Assembly (NCBI RefSeq): GCF_001194135.2
Contig: NC_068994.1
Coordinates: forward strand, 22,377,690 to 22,441,689
Reading direction: 5' to 3'
DNA length: 64,000 nt
DNA from: Octopus bimaculoides
Taxonomy: Eukaryota
Below, in pieces: positions 36,061-46,895 of the stretch (position 1 is the first letter of the stretch; the number at the start of each line of letters is the position of its first letter). The position numbers and the translations under genes were made by a program. The notes under the pieces were generated by a model. It was not told the DNA's origin. It saw only the letters and a list, made by a program, of their open reading frames with translations, and searched no databases.

Positions 36061-39000
36061 TATAGAAAATATCAGCATTGACAGTTTCCTTTCAATTATC
36101 TACAGCCACTCTCTGCATACACTGCCAAATTTTTTTCCCCAGAATTGAAAAAGTAAGCCATATAAAAGCTCTCACATTCATGAATATGCATGTGTATGTT
36201 AGTAATATTTGAGGTAGGCAATGAATGTCGAAGGGAACTTTTTAGAATAATTTTTTCCGTAATGTTAACGTAACATTTCAGTGAAATACCTTTGCCCAAA
36301 TCGCCTTATATATAAACTAAGTGGTGAATGATAAATTTCAGTGACTGATTTTCATTTATGATAAAGAATGTTTTCATGACCTCTATATTCTAATTTCATA
36401 ATCATTGAACATTAATGTCTATTTTAGTGGGTAATGATATGTCTATGTTAGAAATAGCAGAATTAACTGTTTTATGAACAGACCTTTTGGTAAAGTAGTT
36501 TACTCACCTCAAAAATAAATAGTTTCAAATAGCTGGGAACTGCATTCAAAATAACGTTTACAGCAGAAGTAACTCTTCCACATAGTGAAATACTTAGTAA
36601 ATCTGTTGCTATTTTTATTACCTTTTCCTTCTTTCCCAAAAGAAAAATAAACTAAACCAAAGCTAAAACACAAATCTTATTTTACCTTATGTTGCATATG
36701 GGAATTCAATGAATAAATTCATCTTTTTTTTTCTTAAAAAAAAAAGTTTTATTTTTGCGGGCGGCAATTAGTAGAATTGTTAGAGCATTGGAAAGAAAAC
36801 CCTGCAGTATTTGTTGCAACTCTTTGCGCTATGAGTTCATGTCTGCCAACATCAAATTTCTTTTTTTTTACCTTTCAACCTATTGACGTCGATAAAAACA
36901 ACGAACAGGATGTTGAACTGGAGAGACTAAAAAAAATCCTTCAAATATTTTGAAAATCATCTTGATCTCAGCAAATGGCGGACATGTGGAGAAACACGTC
37001 CCTTATAGTAAAGACTAGCCAAGTAATTGATCATTTCTAATTGACAGCTTGATTATTTGTTGGAATTATCAATTAATCAATTGATTTGTCCTTTCGTTGC
37101 CATCGCGACCTCATTAATAAAGTGCTCTTGTTACTCCAGATCCGGCACGTTGTCTCCAACCTTTTGTAACTGTATTTATACATTTGGGATGTGTGTATGA
37201 GTGATAAGCGTATGTGCGGTTGAGTTGTTTTTAATTGTGTGTGTCCAGGTGTATACGCTGAAGTGTATAATCCTTGCCCTGGGAAGCAAAGTCTGAGTAA
37301 AATGGAGCCTGGGCTGGACACAGTATGTGTAACAAGAGGAGGATAGATGAATGAATCGAGAGGTGACATGAGACTAGCCAGCTCCAAGGATCAGAGGCTA
37401 CAAAAAGCAGAGCCGTGACAGCATGTTAGAGTGTATTGGTGGGCAAATTGGACCCATTCAGATGGGTGGTATTTTTTTAAGTGGTCTAGAATATGTGTAT
37501 GTGTAGCAGCAAACCAGTAACATATGAGAGCAGCGTTTTGTTGAGAGTCAATATGTGGGGTGAAATATTTTTTGGTTGTGAAGAGGAAGACCAGTCTTAG
37601 CAACGATGGTAAAGTATAGCATTTCAGTGGCCCCCAAGCCTCTAGTTACATGTTTTTATTTATTTATTTATTGTTGGGTGTATGATATTATGGATATCTC
37701 ATAGTTTAGACTTCAGTTAAAAAATAACTGATCTGATCTTTGTTCATGTGTGGTATTTGTATGAAAACATCCGTCTTTATATTAATGGTTCCGGCTGTGA
37801 CTACCTCTGGTCTTTTAAAGCCCAAATCTCCCTTAAAATACAGCTTACCATCTTTTTTTTTTTTTTTTTTTGGATAATGTAGTCAAGATTAGATTGCTCA
37901 AAAAATAAAATCTGGGATGGTAACGGATGAAATGTCCTCGGGTCATAACTCTGCTAAATCAGAATTGACCAAGGAGTGACCAATTTGCAACTGATTTGTG
38001 TGTGTAGATGTACTACTGTTGGCCATCATGCTTGAAGTAGCAGCTTTATTTCTCGTCAATGCATAAATTTCGTTGTTGAAATCTGTGTGTGGTATGTTTG
38101 GCTTGACTTCATTATTCTATTTATATTTCCTTATAGACACATATCTCTAAAGAAATATGCATCATCTTTAAGCAATTACCTGAATGTATAAGTAACCATA
38201 TGCAGTTACATGCATGCTTTTGTCTGTGTTTATATTATAAATCGCCATATAATAAACTGACTAAAAATCCCAATATTTTATAGTACCATCTTTCCAATCC
38301 AAACCTTTCTGAAATTCCCAGTTTAGAAATACTGGAAAAAGCAAATTACTAACACCAACTCGTACTTCTACTGTGTGACATCGAACTGCATTATCTAGAA
38401 ACATGCTTTTGTAAACCCTGACAAGGCACAAAGACCAACTTTATATACAATGCATCTCGATTAGTCACACATTTATCATACCTAGAATATTATATATCTG
38501 TTTACACCTTTACTTTCACATCTGACTGGACCGTAAATAATAAAATTCCACTACCAAACCAGCTCAATTCTAACCACATTAACTATATTTTTCAACCCAT
38601 ATCCTACAAACACTTTTCCCCTATTATTCTCTATTTTCCCTGACTACCTACATCACACCTAGTTCTCATACATATTTACCTACCTAAGAAAAACCAGAAA
38701 GAACAAAAATAAATTATAGTCTCATGTTGGCAAGCAAACTGAAACTTCGAAGTCATTAGCTCAGTTTTTCTAGTAAAAATTACACACACACACACACACA
38801 CAGAGTTGTTCTTCAGCTTACACAATCGATTGGTTCTATAAATCACCAAAACAGATAAAAATGTAAAACGAGGGACAATTGTATATGAACATGTGTATCT
38901 ATTCATTATATAAATGTATCCTGAGTAGTAGTAAAGCTTTCTTATCTTAAATAACCTAAGGCATAGCACTTTAGAGTTATTTCCATGCCTCAGTATGAGA

Positions 39001-39729
39001 GACCTTTTGGTTACATATAGAAGCATGAATCTCATCTTCATTTTGTTTTGCTCACTCCTTGTCAAATCCACTGGAATCGTAGTTACATTGTCTTTACTTA
39101 CTACTTGGATATTTATATGAAACATTTTTATTTAAGTTCACACAAACACTGATTGTAGCTATTATGAAATTTTAAGTAGAAACTGAGCATTCTGAGAGTT
39201 TAACAACTTCATTTAAATGAACTGAGATGCACCATATATATTGTATGTATGTCTATTTACAACATATAGTAGGTCTTTTTTTTTTTTAGTTAAATTACAA
39301 CTGGCTGAGTATTCTGTAAATATTTCACTGCCTTCACTTCATTTTTCATTTTGCTCACTTCACATAAATCTGACATGAATGATAGCATCCTGCCAGTTTT
39401 CCCACATATCAATAACACAGAAAGATCGTGTTTATATTCTTAGTTGACCCACAGTGAAGCTTTTTGATATTTAAATATATTTCAGTTATTCTGAGTTACA
39501 ATGTGTTGTACATAAAATAGTTTAATTTTTGATGAGGTGTCAAAAGGACGAAAATACACAAATTAGGCTATCCACTAATGTGCTAGCCTAATTTACAACA
39601 GTATTATATAGCAGTTGACCTTGTGTTGGGTATGTATTCTCTGAAGAGTGACCAATAAACTGTGAAATAGTCTGTCAGGAGCCTTCTTTGCTCTTTTTTC
39701 CACACAACAGTAACATAGAAGAATTTGCT

Positions 39730-40420
39730 TATATTCTTAGTTCAAGATTTTTTTAAATCTCCAGCTGGTTATGATTGAGTAGCATGGCATTGTAAACTTT
39801 GGCAGATATGGCAGTGAGAGTACTTCCCGGTAAATTTTGGTGACACCGAGATCTCCCTTCTTTGGAAATGGAAGGATGCATCTCTTACTCCATTTCTCTA
39901 TATGGTTTTGATGGTACACAACATCGAAGAAGAATGTCATTGTATTTCCATTTTCCAAACTTCAGGTGGGATTTCGCCCAGACTAGCTGCCTTTCTGTTC
40001 TTCAACGTTCTTAGAGAGAAATTTGTATGTTATTCATTGAAGAACCGCATACATACTTCTCCCCAAGAACATCTCAATTTTCTCTGGTACACTGTCAAGC
40101 AAAGCAGAACACTTCATCACTCTGATGTTCATGTCACTGAACATGTATAGACTTCTTTTCTGTCTCCCCCCATTGCTTCATTTTTAGCTATTTGGTATTT
40201 TTCTCTACTGCCCTCTTTCTTTCAGGCCTTCCACATGTCTCTTTTGCTATTATGGTGCTCTCAACAATATTGTTCTACCACTACATTACCTTGCATTTGG
40301 TTGGGATGTTGCACCAGTCACAAGTCTGGTCTGTCACACCTAGGAAACTGTCCCATAAAAACTGTCAGTCTTGCTCTATGTTACAAGCCTCTATCTCCTC
40401 CTCCATGCTATAAGTGTCAA
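39730..40420 (-). mobile_element. Decayed LINE ORF2 fragment (pre-RT region)
   Basis: KNRKAASLGEIPPEVWK...HIEKWSKRCILPFPKKGDLGVTKIYR. Confidence 0.8.
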
Positions 40421-42989
40421 TCTTTTGGGTTTGTGTTGAAATAGTTCTTATTCATTGTTCTAACCACTAATCTATGTTGGATTGTACATTCTTCACTGGG
40501 GAAATATTTAGCATTTACAATAATCCATCTATCTTGCTTCCTGGTAAGAATAAAATTTTTCTGGCTTCAGTACTCACCTGATTAGAAGGTAAGTATTCAG
40601 GTGTCTGGGTGGTTTCCTGAAGTTTATGTAGCATCTCAGATCACTTGATTCAAAGAACTCCAGGAATCTCAATTCCTCACTGTTCATATTCTATCTAAAG
40701 TTACTATACTGTACAGATATATTTGATATTTATAGAATGACAATACTGGAAAACATCCCAAAGTAAGGATATTGTTTGAAACTAATAAAGTATCGTCAAA
40801 GCTTACTTTTTTTACTGATACTCCGCCGGTTACACTGAGTGTTCCAGTTGCTTCAATCAATTCAAAAGCCTGCTTCAGAGCTGAACGTTTAAGTGGCTGA
40901 GTACTTCACAGACATGCATACATTTAACATAGTTCTCAGGGAGATTCAGCATGACAATGTGACCAGGGTGATCTTTTGAATTACAAATACAACTCATTTT
41001 TGCCAGCTGAGAGAATTGGAGCAATGTGAAATAAAGTGTTTTGCTCAAGGATACAATGCACCACTGGGAATCGAACTTATGACCTTACAACCGTGAGCCA
41101 AATACCCTAACTACATCAAAGCTTAAATTGAAGAAAAGCTCCACAATTCCAATGTTTGAAAGCCTTCAGACCTGAATATTATCACCTATTCTGATATCAT
41201 TTATGACAGTGGTTTTATTATAGTTGTTGGAGGGACATCCAGCTGTAGAAACCAAGTCAAAATAGACTATGCCAATCACTTTACAGAGTGTACTGAGTGA
41301 ATTTTATGTGGCACCAGAACCAGCAGGGTCACCAAGTAACTTAGGAGAGGGAGTGGAACCAAGGGAAGTGGTTTTGTGGCAGAATATAACAGAGGGATAC
41401 AGAGAGGAGATACTTGGCTACCCCAGTAGGAAAAGAAAGAAGGAAGGAAAGATAGAGAGACAGTCAGAGAGAGAGAGAGAAAGACACAGATTGTGTTGGA
41501 TATGCACTGGGAGCTACCCACAGGGAACAGTGGAGGGAGTACAAGTGGAATAGAGGGGGACATTACTTGTAGTCATCTTAAGTTCCTTGACTCTCATTAG
41601 TGATTATCATCTTAGAGCTTATGTAGCAAAAATAAAAGAAAAGATGATCAATAAGGCAGTTAAGAGTGGATTAGGAGTCTTGAGTACATTTCAGTCTAAC
41701 AAAGTCAGGATCTTCCTCTGAGATTTTGAAGACTACTAATGACTACTGTCTGTGCTTTTAAGAACATTGGAATTTTGGATATTGAGTCTCACAGAGGTGA
41801 TGACAAGTGACTGAGACTTCTGGCGAATTGCTGTGCTTGAAAAGACATGTCAAGCTAAGTGAAACTTTGTTCATGGTCAGTTACAGTGACACATGAAAGG
41901 CACTCGTCGGTGATAAGTAAGAGGCACCCATGCCAGTGGTACGTAAAAGGTATCCAGTACTCTGTAAAGAGATTGGCATTAGAAAGGACATCCAGCCATA
42001 GAAACCAAGCCAAAACAGAATGGAGCTTAGTTTGCTCTCTGGCTTACCATTTAACCCATGTCAGCATGGAAAACGGACGTTAAATGATGATGATGAAATT
42101 TTGGAGATTTTCAGTCTGTTACCATTTTCTTATTGACACTTTGTACAAGGAACTCTGAATTGTTACATGATGTTTTGCTAGAATCATCAGATGAAACTGC
42201 AAACCTGATAAGGAATCAGTAATATTGAATCAGGAAAAAATGGCATCTGCAAAACACAGGCTTTTTTTTTTATAACAAAGCAATATATATAATATGAAGA
42301 GTTAGAAACTTTCACAGTGATGCTATGTTAAAACACATCCAGTACACACTGTGAAAAGGTTTGTAATAGAAATGGCATCCCAACCACAGAAACCATGCCA
42401 GAAGACCCACCCACCACAACAAAACTGAGATCCTAAAACCAAGGTACCATGTAAAAAGCATTGATTGTGGGTGATGGTACCACATAAAAAAAGCATCCAA
42501 CACCACTTTGTAAAGTGGTTGGCATTAGGAAGGGCATCCAGTTGCAGAAACCAAGCCAAAACAGACTATGGAACCTGGTGCGGCCCCTGGCATTACCAGT
42601 TCCTGTCAAGCCGTCCAGCACAGAAAACAGATGTTAAATGATGATGATGTTTGCTCCAAATGAACGGACAAAAGTGAGAAATTTCTCATTAATTTTCTTT
42701 GTTGCCACGTATGTGCTAGTTGATACAGGCTGTAACAAACAATAAAATGTCTTGAAAGATGCTCAATGAACCGCCCACCCCCCGAATTAACTTAAAATTA
42801 CAGTGACATCTAAACATTATTATATGAATATTAGTGTTACAAACTTACAAATTTTAAGACTTCCATTTTTACCAAAACTACCCCAATGTACTAATCAAGA
42901 TATACACTTCCATCACTGAACCTATTCATGAAATCTATTTAACTCTAAGAAATAACCTTAATAATGTAAATGTTATGTTCATCTCTTAT

Positions 42990-43900
42990 CTTTTATCTGT
43001 TTCAGTCATTAGACTGTGACCATGGTGGGGCACCACCTTGAAGAGTTTTTAGCTAAACAAATCGACCCCGGTACTTTTTTTTAAGCCTGGTGGTGAGGGA
43101 ACAAACACAGTCACAAAGGCACACACACACATATATATATATATACATGAAGAGTTTTTTTCTTCGGATTTTGTCTACCAAATCTGCTCACAAGGCTTTG
43201 GTTGGCCTGAGGGTGTAGTAGAAGACACTTGCCCAAGATGTCACACAGTAGGACTGAACGATGTGGCTGGGAAGCAAGCTTCTTACAACAAAGCTATGCC
43301 TGCACGGCACGTAAATAGTACCATTTGAGCGGGATTGTTACCAGCGTCGCCTTCCTGGCACTTGTNNNNNNNNNNATAGTACCATTTGAGCGTGATTGTT
43401 ACCAGCGTCGCCTTCCTGGCACTTGTGCTGGTGGCACATGAAAAGACATTCGAGTGAGGTTGTTGCCAGTGCCGCTGGATTGGCTCCTGTGCAGGTGGCA
43501 TGTAAAATACACTATTTTGAGCGTGGCCGATGCCAGTACCGCCTGACTGGCCTTCGTGTCTGTGGCACGTAAAAAGCACCCACCACACTCTCAGAGTGGT
43601 TGGCATTAGGAAGGTCATCCAGCTGTAGAAACTCTGCCAAATCAGATTGGAGCCTGGTGTAGCCATCTGGTTCGACAGTCCTCAGTCAAATCGTCCAACC
43701 CATGCTAGCATGGGAAGCGGATGTTAAACGATGACAATGATGATACATACACACACACAAGGCTTTTTTCAGTTTCTGTCCACCAAATTCACTCATAAGG
43801 CTTTGGTCAGCCTGAGGTTATAGTAGAAAACACCTGCCCAAGGTGCTACACAGTGGGACTGAACCTGGTTGGGAATCAAGCTTCTTACTACACAGCCATG
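42990..43900. mobile_element. Nested SINE cluster: family A (minus) around family C (plus)
   Basis: Family A segments at ~42990-43280 and ~43760-43900; family C at ~43290-43745. Confidence 0.7.
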
Positions 43901-44977
43901 TCTTGTATAGTGCTGTCATTCAGAATGTTTATTTCTAATGGTAGTATTGCTTACACATGACTATATTGTTTCATAAGGAAAAGTAATTATTCATGTAATT
44001 ATATTTGACATTTGCATATTAAATGATAATTTGAGAGTAAGTTTACAAAACAATGCAAGAATAAAGACATCATTAGGCACCAAATAGAAACCATGTTTAA
44101 TTCGAACACCAGATTTGGGGCTAAAGATGGCATACGTTCAGGTAACATCAATAGAATATTCAGTCACTATTCTAATATTTCATGGTTTAAAAATATGGTA
44201 GAAACAACCCGTTTTTTAGTTATTTTATTATTATTCCCTGACCCATAGCCTCACACATACACGCTCAGGCACACACATTCACATCTTCAAGTTATGTTAA
44301 CCATTTAAAAAAAACCCACAAGAACTATTACATTCGTATTTGCCTATTTCTTAATAATTCTATATACAATAAAGGGTCAAAAAAAAAAATTACATGAGAT
44401 AATTTAGAAATAAAAGATTAATGAAAGTGAATATGTGAAAATAGTTTTTGTGTTTGTAAATGGTTAACATAACTCCTCCATAATATAACTGCTTCAACTT
44501 CATCACCTGATCTCATATCAATTTACTTGCCAAGCAAGTACAATTCCAACAAATATATATATCATCGTAATTGCAGATTACACAGGCTATCAACAATTCT
44601 TTGTGGAGACAATAAACAAACACGTAAGATAATCATTATCAGTTCACAAGTGGGTTTCATAATTGTAAGAGCGCCAATTAAATGTACTCTTTCCAAAAAT
44701 TATAATTTTCATGCTATTTTTTACATCAAAAGAAGTTCATAATTTTCATTGTAATTACAACTGTCCTGTTAATATTTAACAAAGACACTCACAAACATCT
44801 ATGCATATAAAGAGAAATTTGAAACTCTGAAAAAAGCCAAAGGATGGAAATAAAATAGAATCCAAGAAGTGTAAGTGTTCTTCTATTAAAAAAATAATAA
44901 AAAGGAGCCAAGCTGATGTGATATGCTTGTGAAAGACACAATAGATCATTGGAAAAGAAGCTATCACAGAAATATTT

Positions 44978-46819
44978 TCAAAGGTTAGAAGCCTCATTGT
45001 TCAAAGTTGAGAGGTAAGCTTCATGGATCTTAGCCAGGAAATTTGCATCATTTCTTAAAAGATATAATAAAGCTTGTTGTAATTGCTCTTTGGTCAAAGG
45101 TACAAGTGAAGTATGTGAAACATCGGCCACATCACCAGAATTACATGAATTTGTCAGTGTTGTTGCCGATTTTGCTTGGGGTGAAACAAAAGCCATAGGT
45201 GACAATAAAATATCCAGGTTAGTTGGACCAGTTCCTGAGCTATGTGGCCCTGATGGAATTGTTTCAAGATCAGCAGGAGTCAAAAGACTCTGTGATCCAG
45301 TTTTAGTTGCAGCAGGGGAAGGGTTATGGATCAATCCTGAGTTAGCTGAGTGATCTAACCTAGCTACAAGCAAGTTGGCCATTGAGTCATTGAGTGCAGC
45401 ATTGCCTGGTGCATTTTTCCCAATGGGAGACAAAAGTGTGTGTGTAGCCTCTGGAAGAGGCATCTGTTGTGGGTTATTTGCATTCATGTGGCCTAAGTTT
45501 GAAATAGCTTCCTTTGGAGATTGAGACAAGGCAAATCCTTGATCTGAAGAATGTGAGTTAGTAAGAGCTGAAGAAGTAACAACAGAATGTAATTGCTGGA
45601 AACCTGTATTCTGGTTCAAAATTGTTGATGTTGTAAGATTGGAACTGTTTTGGTAGATATTTCTCAGCATGTCAACACCACTTGTTACATCTTGAGCAGT
45701 CGTTGGAGATGACAAAACATGAGTCCTTGATGGTACAGCTTCACCTCGTTGTTGACGTTCAATGTCTTCTACCAGAGAAACAGTGGACCCCAGTTGCTTC
45801 ATTATAGAAGGCATTTGGTTAGAAGGGATTTCATTATCCCTATTAGAAATATTTGACAATGGACTTTGGTTAGCTACTTTGGAAGTATTTTTCCCAACAT
45901 CGTTACTGGAAAAGAGTTTTTCAAGGCAAATTTGAGAGGAAATTTCTCTTCCAGGCAGAGTCACACTACTGTAAGCATCAATTTCATTGTCGGAATTTTG
46001 AGACGAGTTGCCAATACACAGAGGAGTGGGTCGAATCAACGAAGTGGAGCTTGCAGCTGCTTTGCCAGGGTTATCAGTAAGAGTTACTGGCTCAGGTCTT
46101 TTCTTTATATCTTTAGATTTATCATATTCATGCTGAGCTTTAGTAAGCAACTGTAAAATACCGACAGGTCTATTGGCAGGCATTGATGCAGCAGAAGTAG
46201 TCACAATTTGTGGAGTAGCAGTTGTCACAATAGGCACAGGAATTGATGGTTCCTTCTTTACATCAGATGAACGATCGTCTAAGGAATCACTTTCCGAGGC
46301 ACGCCTTTGTCTAGTACAGTTCTGGGTTTTAGCATGATGGTTTGTAATGGCTAACTGGACAAGACTATTCATAAGCTGACCCACACGAGCACATTCATCT
46401 TTATCATAGAACCAAATTCCACAGATAGCTTTTGCAGTTCGATAAAGCAAAAATGGATCATGAAGTTGAAATTCTAAGTCTTTTGTTATCGGTTCAATTA
46501 GATTATTGGGGCCAAGTCGATTTAAGATCATAAATCCATTATCAGGAGAGGCAGATCGTCTGTAAACAAATAAAGTTCCTTCTATAGCAGTTCTTTCCCA
46601 TTCATTTTCCTTTGCACTAAATAGATATAGTGCTACTTGCTTTGCTGTATCAACTATGGCGGTGATGTAAGGATCTTTCTGTTGAAGAGCAGCAAGATTC
46701 ATGCGCCCTTCAGCAGCCACAGGGAGAAATGCCAAAGGATTGGTTAAACTCAAAGATGCAGCACCGCTTCCACTAGCTGAAGCACCATTAGTTGTATTCC
46801 CCAGAGCTGGATTAGACAT
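44978..46819 (-). CDS. DCP1: mRNA-decapping enzyme 1 (DCP1A/B-like), 613 aa, single coding exon
   Basis: EVH1 domain (MNLAALQQKDPYI...VALY...WERTAIEGTLFVYRRSASP...LEFQLHDPFLLYR...GIWFYD), motif I (ILQLLTKAQHEY) and C-terminal trimerisation domain (LTKEQLQQALLYLLRNDANFLAKIHEAY). First in-frame ATG is 46819; the ORF-track start at 46870 is a TTG. Splice acceptor ttttcag| gives an exon 5' edge at 46909. Confidence 0.96.
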   Translation of the reverse strand: MSNPALGNTTNGASASGSGAASLSLTNPLAFLPVAAEGRMNLAALQQKDPYITAIVDTAKQVALYLFSAKENEWERTAIEGTLFVYRRSASPDNGFMILNRLGPNNLIEPITKDLEFQLHDPFLLYRTAKAICGIWFYDKDECARVGQLMNSLVQLAITNHHAKTQNCTRQRRASESDSLDDRSSDVKKEPSIPVPIVTTATPQIVTTSAASMPANRPVGILQLLTKAQHEYDKSKDIKKRPEPVTLTDNPGKAAASSTSLIRPTPLCIGNSSQNSDNEIDAYSSVTLPGREISSQICLEKLFSSNDVGKNTSKVANQSPLSNISNRDNEIPSNQMPSIMKQLGSTVSLVEDIERQQRGEAVPSRTHVLSSPTTAQDVTSGVDMLRNIYQNSSNLTTSTILNQNTGFQQLHSVVTSSALTNSHSSDQGFALSQSPKEAISNLGHMNANNPQQMPLPEATHTLLSPIGKNAPGNAALNDSMANLLVARLDHSANSGLIHNPSPAATKTGSQSLLTPADLETIPSGPHSSGTGPTNLDILLSPMAFVSPQAKSATTLTNSCNSGDVADVSHTSLVPLTKEQLQQALLYLLRNDANFLAKIHEAYLSTLNNEASNL

Positions 46820-46829
46820 TGAATCACTT

Positions 46830-46895
46830 TTATAAGGATGTTTGTATTGAAATAACAAGACTAGAGACAAATATGGTTACAGAGAGACATTTCAT
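46830..46895 (-). promoter_or_regulatory. Two upstream ORFs in the DCP1 5' UTR (46895-46830, 21 aa; 46890-46861, 9 aa)
   Basis: ATG AAA TGT...TTA TAA and ATG TCT CTC...CTC TAG lie between the acceptor (46909) and the main ATG (46819), out of frame with DCP1. Confidence 0.55.

Noticed and set aside
38676-39125. 149-aa minus-strand ORF
   Set aside because: No recognisable domain, AT-rich codon content, runs through a (CA)n repeat; likely chance.
43315-43426. 51-bp direct repeat on either side of a 10-N gap
   Set aside because: Near-identical copies (one mismatch) abutting a minimal gap are typical of unmerged overlapping contig ends or haplotypes; probably an assembly artefact.
45090-46156. 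Antisense ORFs within DCP1 (and 57955-58755 within the zinc-finger gene)
   Set aside because: Shadow frames of real CDSs with no independent features.
46820-46870. ORF-track start of DCP1 at 46870 (630 aa)
   Set aside because: The codon is TTG; the first in-frame ATG is 46819.
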